Of a stretch of DNA of 15,142 bases, positions 1-9,199 are shown piece after piece. The notes under the pieces were generated by a model, which saw only the letters and a list, made by a program, of their open reading frames with translations, was not told the DNA's origin and made no database searches. The DNA lies in IMG/VR virus record IMGVR_UViG_2537561684_000007; one strand, written 5' to 3'. Position 1 is the stretch's first letter. Each line of letters starts with the position of its first letter. The translations under genes and the position numbers were made by a program. The stretch is from a virus. Taxonomy: Duplodnaviria; Heunggongvirae; Uroviricota; Caudoviricetes.

Positions 1-92
1 ATCTCAGTTAGTACCGCGGGAGTATTGGAATAGAGACTCATCCCTAGGTGATTTAGCACATTCAAATCAATTTTAATTTCGAAATCTGACAT
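1..92 (-). CDS. 5' end (first ~30 codons) of a cargo gene in the old/tin-equivalent slot; N-terminus resembles GHKL/Bergerat-fold ATPases; continues beyond the window start
   Basis: Minus-strand ATG at 92..90 preceded by AAGGAA 8 nt upstream. Translation MSDFEIKIDLNVLNHLGMSLYSNTPAVLTEI stays open to position 1. The LxHLxxSLYSNxxxxLxEI pattern resembles the HtpG/Hsp90-type N-terminal motif ([20 protein letters not shown], recalled). Lies in ~37% GC DNA next to cos. Too short for the supplied ORF track. Confidence 0.4.
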   Translation of the reverse strand, partial: MSDFEIKIDLNVLNHLGMSLYSNTPAVLTE

Positions 93-339
93 ATAGTCGT
101 TCCTTGCTGAGAGTTCATTTTAGTTTCATGCAATCAATAGCCACTTAGTGGTAAAGATAAAACCTTAAGATAACCAAAGCAAGTGTTCATTAGCGGCTTT
201 GTTTCATGACATGATGTGTGTCGCTTTTTGCATGAAACTGCATTTGTTTCTTATATCTGCTCTTTTTACATACTGCTAGTGTTGACATGGCTTTGACATG
301 GCTGTGCAACTGCATTAAAACCGCCCCATGAAGCGGGCG

Positions 340-358
340 GGCGAGGCGGGGAAAGCAC
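340..358. other. cos: P2-type cos site (19-nt cohesive end GGCGAGGCGGGGAAAGCAC)
   Basis: Exact match at 340..358 to the P2 cohesive-end sequence as I recall it; sits ~170 bp from the portal gene stop, as in P2. A GC hairpin (CCGCCC...GGGCGG, 321..339) lies directly to its left. Confidence 0.6.
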
Positions 359-500
359 TGCGCGCTGGCGGTGGTGCTGATTTTATTTTTTCAGCGTCTG
401 AGCGCGTCGTGATGGCGTTTAGATTGTTCGCCGGGGCGTTGGTGTGTCTGCGGGATGTTTTGTGCGGTGGTGAGCGTGTGAGGGCGTGATGACAGGGTGT

Positions 501-522
501 AAAAAAGCCGCCCGCAGGCGGC
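501..522 (-). terminator. Rho-independent terminator downstream of Q (minus strand)
   Basis: Perfect palindrome GCCGCC-CGCA-GGCGGC at 507..522 followed on the minus strand by a six-U tract (plus-strand A run 501..506), starting 5 nt after the Q stop codon (528..530). Confidence 0.7.
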
Positions 523-527
523 GATGT

Positions 528-1562
528 TCAGCCGTTGTCAGTGTCCAGTGAGTAGTTTTTAAAGCGGATGACCTCCTGACCGAGCCAGCCGTTTATCTCG
601 CGGATCCTGTCCTGTAACGGGATAAGTTCATTGCGGACAAAGACCTTTGCCACTTTCTCAATATCACCCAGCGACCCGACGTTCTCCGGCTTGCCACCCA
701 TCAACTGAAAGGGGATGCGGTGCGCGTCCAGCAGGTCTGCGGCACTGGCTTTTTTGATATTAAAAAAATCGTCCTTCGTCGCCACTTCACTGAGCGGGAT
801 AATTTTAATGCCGTCGGCTTTTCCCTGTGGGGCATAGAGAAACAGGTTTTTAAAGTTGTTGCGGCCTTTCGACTTGACCATGTTTTCGCGAAGCATTTCG
901 ATATCGTTGCGGTCCTGCACGGCATCGGTGACGTACATGATGTATCCGGCATGTGCGCCGTTTTCGTAATACTTGCGGCGGAACAGCGTGGCCGATTCAT
1001 TCAGCCAGGCAGAGTTAAGGGCGCTGAGATATTCCGGCAGACCGTACAGCTCCTGATTAATATCCGGCTCCAGCAGGTGAAACACGGAGCCGGGCGCGAA
1101 AGGTGTCGGCTCGTTGAAGGACGGCACCCACCAGTAAACATCCTCTTCCACGCCACGGCGGGTATATTTTGCCGGTGAGGTTTCCAGTCTGATGACCTTA
1201 CCGGTGGTGCTGTATCGCTTTTCCAGAAACGCATTACCGAACACCAGAAAATCCAGCACAAAGCGGTTGAAATCCTGCTGGGAAAGCCACGGATGCGGGA
1301 TAAATGTCGAGGCCAGAATATTACGTTTGACGTAAATCGGTGAGCTGTGATGCACGGCAGCACGCAGGCTTTTTGCCAGACCGGTAAAGCTGACCGGTGG
1401 CTCATACCATCTGCCGTTACTGATGCACTCGACGTAATCCAGAATGTCACGGCGGTCGAGTACCGGCACCGGCTCACCAAAGGTGAATGTCTCCATTTTC
1501 GGGGCGCTGGCGGTCATTGTTTTTGCCGCAGGTTGCGGTGTTTTCCCTTTTTTCTTGCTCAT
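528..1562 (-). CDS. Q: portal vertex protein (P2 gpQ-like)
   Basis: Intact 344-aa ORF, the same length as P2 Q; translation matches recalled P2 Q; ATG overlaps the stop of the upstream terminase gene (TGATG). Confidence 0.93.
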   Translation of the reverse strand: MSKKKGKTPQPAAKTMTASAPKMETFTFGEPVPVLDRRDILDYVECISNGRWYEPPVSFTGLAKSLRAAVHHSSPIYVKRNILASTFIPHPWLSQQDFNRFVLDFLVFGNAFLEKRYSTTGKVIRLETSPAKYTRRGVEEDVYWWVPSFNEPTPFAPGSVFHLLEPDINQELYGLPEYLSALNSAWLNESATLFRRKYYENGAHAGYIMYVTDAVQDRNDIEMLRENMVKSKGRNNFKNLFLYAPQGKADGIKIIPLSEVATKDDFFNIKKASAADLLDAHRIPFQLMGGKPENVGSLGDIEKVAKVFVRNELIPLQDRIREINGWLGQEVIRFKNYSLDTDNG

Positions 1563-3332
1563 CAGTAAAACTCCAGAATGGTGGATGTCAGCGGGGTGCT
1601 GATACCGGCGGTGAGTGGCTCATTTAACAGGGCGTGCATGGTTGCCCAGGCGAGGTCGGCGTGGCTGGCTTCCTCGCTGCGGCTGGCCTCATAGGTGGCG
1701 CTGCGTCCGCTGCTGGTATGGTCTTGCGGATAGCCATGAACGAGCTGGTGATGTCGGTGGCGCTGACGTCATATTCCAGACAGCCACGGCGAATAACGTC
1801 TTTTGCCTTGAGCACCATTGCGGTTTTCATTTCCGGCGTGTAGCGGATATCGCGCGCGGCGGGATAGAACGAGCGCACGAGCTGGAACACGCCGACACCG
1901 AGGCCGGTGGCATCAATACCGATGTATTCGACGTTGTATTTTTCGGTGAGTTTGCGGATGGATTCCGCCTGAGTGGCAAATCCATGCCTTTCCACTGGTG
2001 ACGCTCAAGTATTCTGAATTTGCCACCGGCCACCACCGGCGGTGCCAGTACCACGCATCCGGCGCTGTCGCCACGGTGTGACGGGTCGTAACCAATCCAT
2101 ACCGGACGTGAGCCGAACGGATTGGCGGCAAACGGCGCATAGTCTTCCCATTCTTCCAGCGTGTCGACCATGCAGCGTTGCAGCTCCTCAAACGGGAACA
2201 CCGATGCCTTGTCGTCAACAAATTCACACATGAACAGGTTTTTAAAATCGTCGGCGCTGTTTTCGCGTTTGAGCTGCTCAATGTCGAACAATGTGCAGCC
2301 GCCTTTCAGGGCGTCCTCAATGGTGACAATCTGCCGCCACTGGCCGTCCGCACAGAGAAGACCACCGGCAAGGGCGTTATGACTGACGTCGATTTCCACA
2401 CGTTCGGCGGCGCTGGCGCGTCCCCGGTTGAACAGTTCACCCGACCAGAACGGGTAGGCGTCGTGCGCCAGCGTGGACGGGGTGGAGAAATAGGTCGAGC
2501 GCAGGTGACTCTGTGAGGCCATACCTGATGCCACCTTACGCAGTACCTGAAAATTCGGGATCCAGAAAATCTCATCGACGTACAGGTCGCCGTTATGGCT
2601 CTGTGCGGTGTTGGAGTTGGTGCCGAGAAAAATCAGTTTTGCGCCGTTATTGCCCAGGACAATCGGGTCACCGGTCAGGTCAACGTCAACCAGCCGGGCA
2701 AAGGCGATGATGTATTCGCGGAACACATACGCCTGCGTTTTACTGGCCGACAGAAAAATCTGGTTATGACCGGTTTTCAGGGCGCGCAGCAGCGCCTCGC
2801 GGGAAAAATAAAACGTCGCGCCAATCTGGCGGGATTTCAGGATATCGCGGATGCGGTGCTCAAGCCCGGCGCGATACCAGCGCAACTGATATTCGAAAGA
2901 CTGCTCAAAGAAAATCTGCTCCAGCTTTTCGATGGCCTCGTCACTGAAAAAATTCTTTTTCGGTTTGCGACGCCCGCCTTTGTTGCGGTTAGCAACGTTC
3001 GGATTAAGGTCTGCCTCGTTGCCGGTCTGGCTGTAACGGTTGACCCGCGCCAGTCGTTCAATCTGGCGTCCGAGCAGGTCAATTTCCTTGAAGTCACCGC
3101 CGGTTTTCTGCGGTTTGATGATGAGCTGGGTCAGCCGCGCTTCCAGACTCATTTCGACACGGCTGATGGGAGCAACGCTGTCCCAGCCGTCGCGCTGTTT
3201 CCAGCTCTGCACCGTCGGGCGCTTCATCTGCAACATGGCGGCAATCTGCGGCACGGAAAATCCCTGCCAGTACAGCAGCGCCGCCTGACGACGCGGGTCG
3301 TGTAAAAGAGTGGTGTCTGTGGTGATGGTCAT
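1562..3332 (-). pseudogene. P: terminase large (ATPase) subunit, P2 gpP-like; interrupted by at least two frameshifts as read
   Basis: ATG at 3332 (MTITTD...) with GAGG upstream. N-terminal ~450 aa lie in the 511-aa ORF 1827..3362; the frame breaks near 1980 (read GATTTGCC where GATTTTGCC would keep HQWKGMD-FATQAES in frame). The next part (FATQAESIRKLTEKYNVEYIG...) is in ORF 1624..1995, and the likely true C-terminus (...LLNEPLTAGISTPLTSTILEFY) is in a third frame ending at TGA 1564..1562. Total span ~1770 nt, matching a ~590-aa P2 P. Confidence 0.85.
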
Positions 3333-3505
3333 GAATACCTCGCCGTGATGAATACACGGCAAGGCTACTGAGTCGCGCCCCGCGATTCGCTAAGGTGCTG
3401 TTGTGTCAGTGATAAGCCATCCGGGACTGATGGCGGAGGATGCGCATCGTCGGGAAACTGATGCCGACATGTGACTCCTCTAATCACTATTCAGGACTCC
3501 TGACA
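3333..3505. promoter_or_regulatory. divergent intergenic region between P (leftward) and O (rightward); expected location of Ogr-dependent late promoters
   Basis: 173-bp non-coding gap between divergently oriented late operons; in P2 this gap carries the PP and PO late promoters. I could not find a clean TGT-N12-ACA activator site by eye. Confidence 0.4.
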
Positions 3506-4359
3506 ATGGCAAAAAAAGTCTCAAAATTCTTTCGTATCGGCGTTGAGGGTGACACCTGTGACGGGCGTGTCATCAGTGCGCAGGATATTCAGGAAATGGC
3601 CGAAACCTTTGACCCGCGAGTCTATGGTTGCCGCATTAACCTGGAACATCTGCGCGGCATCCTGCCTGACGGTATTTTTAAGCGTTATGGCGATGTGGCC
3701 GAACTGAAGGCCGAAAAGATTGACGATGATTCGGCGCTGAAAGGCAAATGGGCGCTGTTTGCGAAAATCACCCCGACCGATGACCTTATCGCGATGAACA
3801 AGGCCGCGCAGAAGGTCTACACCTCAATGGAAATTCAGCCGAACTTTGCCAACACCGGCAAATGTTATCTGGTGGGGCTGGCCGTCACCGATGACCCGGC
3901 AAGCCTCGGCACGGAATACCTAGAATTCTGCCGCACGGCAAAACACAACCCCCTGAACCGCTTCAAATTAAGCCCTGAAAACCTGATTTCAGTGGCAACG
4001 CCCGTTGAGCTGGAATTTGAAGACCTGCCTGAAACCGTGTTCACCGCCCTGACCGAAAAGGTGAATCCATTTTTGGCCGCAAACAGGCCAGCGATGACGC
4101 CCGTCTGAATGACGTGCATGAAGCGGTGACCGCTGTTGCTGAACATGTGCAGGAAAAACTGAGCGCCACTGAGCAGCGCCTCGCTGAGATGGAAACCGCT
4201 TTTTCCGCACTTAAGCAGGATGTGACTGACAGGGCGGATGAAACCAGCCAGGCATTCACCCGCCTGAAAAACAGTCTCGACCACACCGAAAGTCTGACCC
4301 AGCAGCGCCGCAGCAAGGCCACCGGTGGTGGCGGTGACGCCCTGATGACGAACTGCTGA
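3506..4359 (+). pseudogene. O: capsid scaffolding protein (P2 gpO-like); one frameshift as read
   Basis: MAKKVSKFFRIGVEGDTCDGRV... from ATG 3506 (inside ORF 3440..4108). Frame breaks near 4064 (GTGAATCC, where GTGAAATCC would continue as KVKSIFGRKQASDDARLNDVHEAV). C-terminal part is ORF 4114..4359. Span 854 nt versus 855 for a 284-aa protein. Confidence 0.85.
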
Positions 4360-4417
4360 CCGGCGTCAGTCAGTCCGGGAAAACCTTCACGATTAACCCT
4401 TAATTTCAGGAAAAACT

Positions 4418-5491
4418 ATGCGCCAGGAAACCCGCTTTAAATTTAATGCCTACCTGTCCCGTGTTGCCGAACTGAACGGCATCGACGCCGGTGATGTGTC
4501 GAAAAAATTCACCGTTGAACCGTCGGTCACCCAGACCCTGATGAACACCATGCAGGAGTCCTCTGACTTTCTGACCCGCATCAACATTGTGCCGGTCAGC
4601 GAAATGAAAGGGGAAAAAATTGGTATCGGTGTCACCGGCTCCATCGCCAGCACCACCGACACCGCCGGTGGCACCGAGCGTCAGCCGAAGGACTTCTCGA
4701 AGCTGGCGTCTAACAAGTACGAATGCGACCAGATTAACTTCGATTTTTATATCCGCTACAAAACGCTTGACCTGTGGGCGCGTTATCAGGATTTCCAGCT
4801 CCGTATCCGTAACGCCATTATCAAACGCCAGTCCCTTGATTTCATCATGGCCGGTTTTAACGGCGTGAAGCGTGCCGAAACCTCTGACCGCAGCAGCAAT
4901 CCGATGCTACAGGATGTGGCGGTCGGCTGGCTGCAGAAATACCGCAATGAAGCCCCGGCGCGCGTGATGAGCAAGGTCACTGACGAGGAAGGGCACACGA
5001 CCTCTGAGGTCATCCGCGTGGGTAAGGGCGGTGATTATGCCAGCCTCGATGCACTGGTGATGGATGCGACCAACAACCTGATTGAGCCGTGGTATCAGGA
5101 AGACCCTGACCTTGTGGTGATTGTGGGGCGTCAGCTACTGGCGGACAAGTATTTCCCCATCGTTAACAAGGAGCAGGACAACAGCGAGATGCTGGCCGCT
5201 GACGTTATCATCAGCCAGAAACGCATCGGCAACCTGCCGGCGGTACGCGTCCCGTACTTCCCGGCGGATGCGATGCTCATCACGAAGCTGGAAAACCTGT
5301 CCATCTACTACATGGATGACAGCCATCGCCGCGTGATTGAGGAAAACCCGAAACTCGACCGCGTGGAGAACTACGAGTCAATGAACATTGATTACGTGGT
5401 GGAGGACTACGCCGCCGGTTGTCTGGTGGAAAAAATTAAGGTCGGTGATTTCTCCACACCGGCTAAGGCGACCGCAGAGCCGGGAGCGTAA
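4418..5491 (+). CDS. N: major capsid protein (P2 gpN-like)
   Basis: Intact 357-aa ORF with AGGA upstream; length and sequence match recalled P2 N. Confidence 0.93.
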   Translation: MRQETRFKFNAYLSRVAELNGIDAGDVSKKFTVEPSVTQTLMNTMQESSDFLTRINIVPVSEMKGEKIGIGVTGSIASTTDTAGGTERQPKDFSKLASNKYECDQINFDFYIRYKTLDLWARYQDFQLRIRNAIIKRQSLDFIMAGFNGVKRAETSDRSSNPMLQDVAVGWLQKYRNEAPARVMSKVTDEEGHTTSEVIRVGKGGDYASLDALVMDATNNLIEPWYQEDPDLVVIVGRQLLADKYFPIVNKEQDNSEMLAADVIISQKRIGNLPAVRVPYFPADAMLITKLENLSIYYMDDSHRRVIEENPKLDRVENYESMNIDYVVEDYAAGCLVEKIKVGDFSTPAKATAEPGA

Positions 5492-5494
5492 CCG

Positions 5495-6228
5495 ATGACG
5501 AGTCCCGCACAGCGCCACATGATGCGGGTCTCGGCAGCGATGACCGCGCAGCGGGAAGCCGCCCCGCTGCGACATGCAACTGTCTATGAGCAGATGCTGG
5601 TAAGCTCGCCGCAGACCAGCGCACACTGAAAGCGATTTATTCAAAAGAGCTGAAGGCCGCGAAAAAACGCGAACTGCTGCCGTTCTGGTTGCCGTGGGTG
5701 AACGGCGTGCTGGAGCAGGGCAAAGGTGCACAGGATGACATTCTGATGACGGTCATGCTGTGGCGTCTGGATACCGGCGATATTGCCGGTGCGCTGGAGA
5801 TTGCCCGTTATGCCCTGAAGTACGGTCTGACCATGCCGGGAAACACCGCCGCACCCCGCCGTACATGTTCACCGAGGAGGTGGCGCTGCGGCCATGCGGC
5901 TCACGCTGCCGGTGATCGTGGATCCCGCCTGCTGACGGACACCCTTGAACTGACTGCCACGGCAGACATGCCTGATGAAGTGCGCGCAAAGCTGCACAAA
6001 ATCACCGGTCTGTTTCTGCGTGACCGGTGATGCCGCGGTGCGCTGGCGCACCTGCAACGTGCGACACAGCTCGACTGTCAGGCAGGCGTCAAAAAAGAGA
6101 TTGAACGACTGGAGCGGGAGCTGAAACCGAAGCCGGAGCCGCAACCCAAAGCGGCCACCCGTGCCACGCGTAAGACCCGGAGTGCGACACCGGCAAAACG
6201 TGGACGCCCGAAAAAGAAAACCAGTTAA
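5495..6228 (+). pseudogene. M: terminase small (endonuclease) subunit (P2 gpM-like); at least three frameshifts as read
   Basis: ATG 5495 (MTSPAQRHMMRVSAAMTAQREAAPLRHATVYEQMLV...), GGAG upstream. Frame breaks at ~5603 (TGGTAAGCTC where TGGTAAAGCTC would give KLAADQRTLKAIY). Middle is in ORF 5689..6030 with an internal garbled stretch; C-terminus (...KRGRPKKKTS) is in another frame ending TAA 6226..6228. Span is not a multiple of 3. Confidence 0.8.
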
Positions 6229-6327
6229 CAACCGAATGCGCCCCGCGCCAGGGCGGCACGCCGGTCAGTGAGGGTGAATCACCTGACACTGCACCGGCGT
6301 CCACCGCCCGACTTTTCTGAGGTAGTC

Positions 6328-6827
6328 ATGATGACGCTGATTATTCCGCGAAAGGAGGCTCCCGTGTCCGGTGAGGGTACGGTGGTCATCCCGCAACCGG
6401 CAGGCGACGAGCCGGTGATTAAAAACACGTTCTTTTTTCCCGATATCGACCCGAAGCGCGTCCGGGAACGTATGCGCCTTGAGCAGACCGTCGCCCCGCC
6501 CGTCTGCGTGAGGCCATCAAGTCAGGCATGGCGAACGAATGCGGAGCTGTACGAGTACCGCGAACAGAAAATTGCCGCCGGTTTTACGCGTCTGGCGACG
6601 TCCCGGCGGACGAATCGACGGTGAAAGCATCAAGGTTTTTTACTACGAGCGCGCCGTGTGTGCGATGGCGACCGCGTCGCTTTATGAGCGTTATCGCGGC
6701 GTGGATGCCAGTGCGAAAGGCGACAAAAGGCCGACAGCATGACAGCACCATTGATGATGTGGCGGGATATGCGCTGGGCGGTGGCGCGCATCCAGGACAA
6801 GCCGCGCTGCATCGTGAGTCAAATCTG
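6328..6827 (+). pseudogene. L: head completion/stabilisation protein (P2 gpL-like); several frameshifts as read
   Basis: ATG 6328 (MMTLIIPRKEAPVSGEGTVVIPQPAGDEPVIKNTFFFPDIDPKRVRERMRLEQTVAP...) inside ORF 6268..6624. Later segments in other frames (ESIKVFYYERAVCAMATASLYERYRGVDASAKGDK in ORF 6539..6742; ...CIVSQI ending TGA 6825..6827, overlapping the X start as TGATG). Confidence 0.8.
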
Positions 6828-7031
6828 ATGAAGACCTTTGCGCTACAGGGCGACACGCTCGACGCCATTTGTGTCCGGTATTACGGGCGCACTGAGGGCG
6901 TGGTTGAGACCGTGCTCGCCGCAAATCCGGGACTGGCTGAACTGGGTGCGGTGCTGCCACACGGCACCGCCGTCGAACTGCCCGACGTTCAGACCGCGCC
7001 CGTGGCTGAAACTGTCAATCTGTGGGAGTAA
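6828..7031 (+). CDS. X: tail protein X (P2 gpX-like)
   Basis: 67-aa intact reading frame MKTFALQGDTLDAICVRYYGRTEGVVETVLAANPGLAELGAVLPHGTAVELPDVQTAPVAETVNLWE; it is the 3' end of the longer artefactual ORF 6528..7031. Confidence 0.85.
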   Translation: MKTFALQGDTLDAICVRYYGRTEGVVETVLAANPGLAELGAVLPHGTAVELPDVQTAPVAETVNLWE

Positions 7032-7034
7032 CGC

Positions 7035-7316
7035 ATGACAGCAGAAGAAAAAAGCGTCCTGTCGCTTTTCATGATTGGGGTGCTGATTGTTGTCGGCAAG
7101 GTGCTTGCCGGTGGTGAACCCATCACCCCGCGTCTGTTTATCGGACGCATGTTGCTCGGTGGTTTTGTCTCGATGGTTGCCGGTGTTGTTCTGGTGCAGT
7201 TTCCTGACCTGTCACTGCCTGCGGTGTGCGGCATCGGCTCCATGCTGGGTATCGCCGGTTATCAGGTGATTGAGATTGCCATTCAGCGCCGCTTTAAGGG
7301 CAGGGGGAAACCGTAA
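7035..7316 (+). CDS. Y: holin (P2 gpY-like)
   Basis: Intact 93-aa ORF, hydrophobic, same length as P2 Y; stop overlaps K start (TAATG). Confidence 0.9.
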   Translation: MTAEEKSVLSLFMIGVLIVVGKVLAGGEPITPRLFIGRMLLGGFVSMVAGVVLVQFPDLSLPAVCGIGSMLGIAGYQVIEIAIQRRFKGRGKP

Positions 7317-7811
7317 TGCCGGTAATTAACACGCATCAGAATATCGCCGCCTTTCTCGACATGCTGGCGGTGTCCGAAGGGACGGCGAATCATCCGCTGA
7401 CGAAAAACCGGGGCTATGACGTGATAGTCACCGGACTGGACGGAAAGCCGGAAATTTTCACCGACTACAGTGACCACCCGTTCGCGCATGGCCGACCGGC
7501 GAAGGTGTTTAACCGTCGCGGTGAAAAATCCACGGCTTCCGGTCGCTATCAGCAGCTTTACCTGTTCTGGCCGCATTACCGCAAACAGCTTGCCCTGCCG
7601 GATTTCAGTCCGTTGTCACAGGACAGACTCGCCATTCAGTTGATCCGCGAACGCGGTGCACTGGATGACATCCGGGCGGGACGCATTGAGCGCGCCATTT
7701 CACGCTGTCGCAATATCTGGGCGTCCCTGCCGGGTGCCGGTTACGGTCAGCGTGAGCATTCACTGGAAAAACTGGTCACCGTCTGGCGTACCGCGGGGCG
7801 TACCGGCTTAA
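7316..7811 (+). pseudogene. K: endolysin (P2 gpK-like); frameshift near the 3' end as read
   Basis: MPVINTHQNIAAFLDMLAVSEGTANHPLTKNRGYDVIVTGLDGKPEIF... from ATG 7316. The reading frame runs through into lysA (ORF 7316..8041); the probable native stop is TAA 7809..7811 in a neighbouring frame (…TAGGVPA). Span 496 nt versus 498 for a 165-aa protein. Confidence 0.8.
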
Positions 7812-7825
7812 ACGGAGTAAACACC

Positions 7826-8241
7826 ATGAAGAAATTATCCCTTTCACTGATGCTGAACGTGTCGCTGGCGCTGATGCTGGCACTGTCCCTGATTTACCCG
7901 CAGAGCGTGGCCGTCAGTTTTGTCGCCACCTGGGCGATTCTGGGACGGTTATCTGTGTGGTTGCCGGTGGTGTCGGCGTGTATGCCACGAGTATGTACTG
8001 AACGCTACGGGCGGGAGCTGCCCCGGAATCGCTGGCCGTGAAGATTGTCACGCGCTGTTTTTGCAGCCGGTGCCGTGGCGCAGCGGCGGGCTCTGGTGTG
8101 ATGGTGGCGACATTTATCTCGCTGGTCGCTGCCGGGTGGATTTTTACCGCGCTGATTTATCTCGTGGCATCGGTGTTCTTCCGGCTGATACGTACGGCCT
8201 GCTGTCAGCGTTTTGAGGGGCGGGAACCATGTCAAAGCTGA
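7826..8241 (+). pseudogene. lysA: lysis timing membrane protein LysA-like; frameshifted as read
   Basis: ATG 7826 with GGAG 8 nt upstream; MKKLSLSLMLNVSLALMLALSLIYPQSVAV... Hydrophobic segments are split across three frames (ORFs 7316..8041, 7920..8216, 8038..8241); last fragment ends TGA 8239..8241. Confidence 0.65.
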
Positions 8242-8680
8242 TGATTGTGCTGGTGTGTTGTTATCCTGGCGGTGGCGGCTGTTTCTGGGAACAAAAAGCC
8301 AGCCTGCGCGCCTCGCTGGACAGGGCGAACAAGTCGCCAGCGGGCAGCAGACGACCATCACCATGCTGAAAAATCAGCTTCATGTTGCCCTCACCAGGGC
8401 AGACAAAAACGAGTGGCGCAGGTGGCACTGCGTCAGGAACTGGAAACGCCGCGAAGCGTGAAGCCAGCGCGAGAAAACCATCACGAGTTACTAATGAAAA
8501 CGAGATTTCCGCCGCTGGTATGGCGCTGACCTGCCTGATGCTGTGCGCCGGTTGCACCAGCGTCCGGCCTGCACCGACGCCAGTGATTGTCGCCAACGCC
8601 TGCCCGAAAGTGAGTCTTTGCCCGATGCCGGGCAGGACCCAGACGAACGGCGATTTAAGTGCCGATATCCGGCAGCTTGA
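8229..8680 (+). pseudogene. lysB: Rz-like i-spanin LysB; several frameshifts as read, 3' end uncertain
   Basis: ATG 8229 (MSKLMIVLV...); recognisable segments ASLRASLDRAN, ASGQQTTITMLKNQLHVALTRADKNE, VALRQELE, AAKREASARK are spread over three frames (ORFs 8213..8461, 8245..8529, 8382..8780). End coordinate is inferred from the expected ~141-aa length and the frame relationship to lysC. Confidence 0.55.
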
Positions 8681-8780
8681 GAACGCGCTGGCGCGCTGTG
8701 CCAGCCAGGTAAAAATGATTAAACACTGTCAGGACGAAAACGATGCTCAAACCCGACAGCCTGCGCAGGGCGCTGACTGA
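8520..8780 (+). CDS. lysC: Rz1-like o-spanin lipoprotein LysC (overlaps the 3' part of lysB in another frame)
   Basis: ATG 8520; MALTCLMLCAGC... has a lipobox (LCAGC) followed by a Pro-rich stretch (SVRPAPTPVIVANACPKVSLCPMPG); lies within ORF 8382..8780. Confidence 0.5.
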   Translation: MALTCLMLCAGCTSVRPAPTPVIVANACPKVSLCPMPGRTQTNGDLSADIRQLENALARCASQVKMIKHCQDENDAQTRQPAQGAD

Positions 8781-9199
8781 TGCCGTCACGGTGCTGAAAA
8801 CACCGAATGCTGCGGATATTCGTGGATACGGGAGTATTGCCTCCACCTGGCGCGTCGTTGTCATTCGAAAAGCGTTACACGCTCAATGTCATTGTGACCG
8901 ACTTTACCGGTGATTTTGACCTGCTCATCGTGCCGGTGCTGGCGTGGCTGCGGGTAAATCAGCCCGACATCATGACCACCGACGAGGCAGAAAAAGGGCT
9001 TCACGTTTTATGCAGACATCAACAATGACAGCAGCTTTGATATCAGATCAGCCTGATGCTGACCGAGCGCACGCTGGTCAGTGAGGTGGACGGCGCGCTG
9101 CATGTGAAGAATATCCCGGAACCTCCGCCGCCGGAGCCGGTCACCCGCCCGATGGAGCTGTATATCAATGGCGAACTCGTGAGTAAGTGGGATGAATGA
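8743..9199 (+). pseudogene. R: tail completion protein (P2 gpR-like); frameshifted as read
   Basis: ATG 8743 with AGGA upstream (MLKPDSLRRALTDAVTVLK...). Middle part is in ORF 8807..9028 (SFEKRYTLNVIVTDFTGDFDLLIVPVLAWLR); C-terminus (...PMELYINGELVSKWDE) ends TGA 9197..9199, overlapping the S start. Confidence 0.75.

Noticed and set aside
720-1178. 152-aa plus-strand ORF and other short ORFs overlapping Q
   Set aside because: They overlap the intact portal gene on the opposite strand or in other frames and are not supported by any start context.
2595-3305. 236-aa plus-strand ORF within the terminase region
   Set aside because: Antisense to the terminase large-subunit gene P, which accounts for this DNA.
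6528-7031. 167-aa ORF suggesting a large fused protein
   Set aside because: Only the last 67 codons (from ATG 6828) correspond to tail protein X; the upstream part is an out-of-frame read-through across the 3' end of L.
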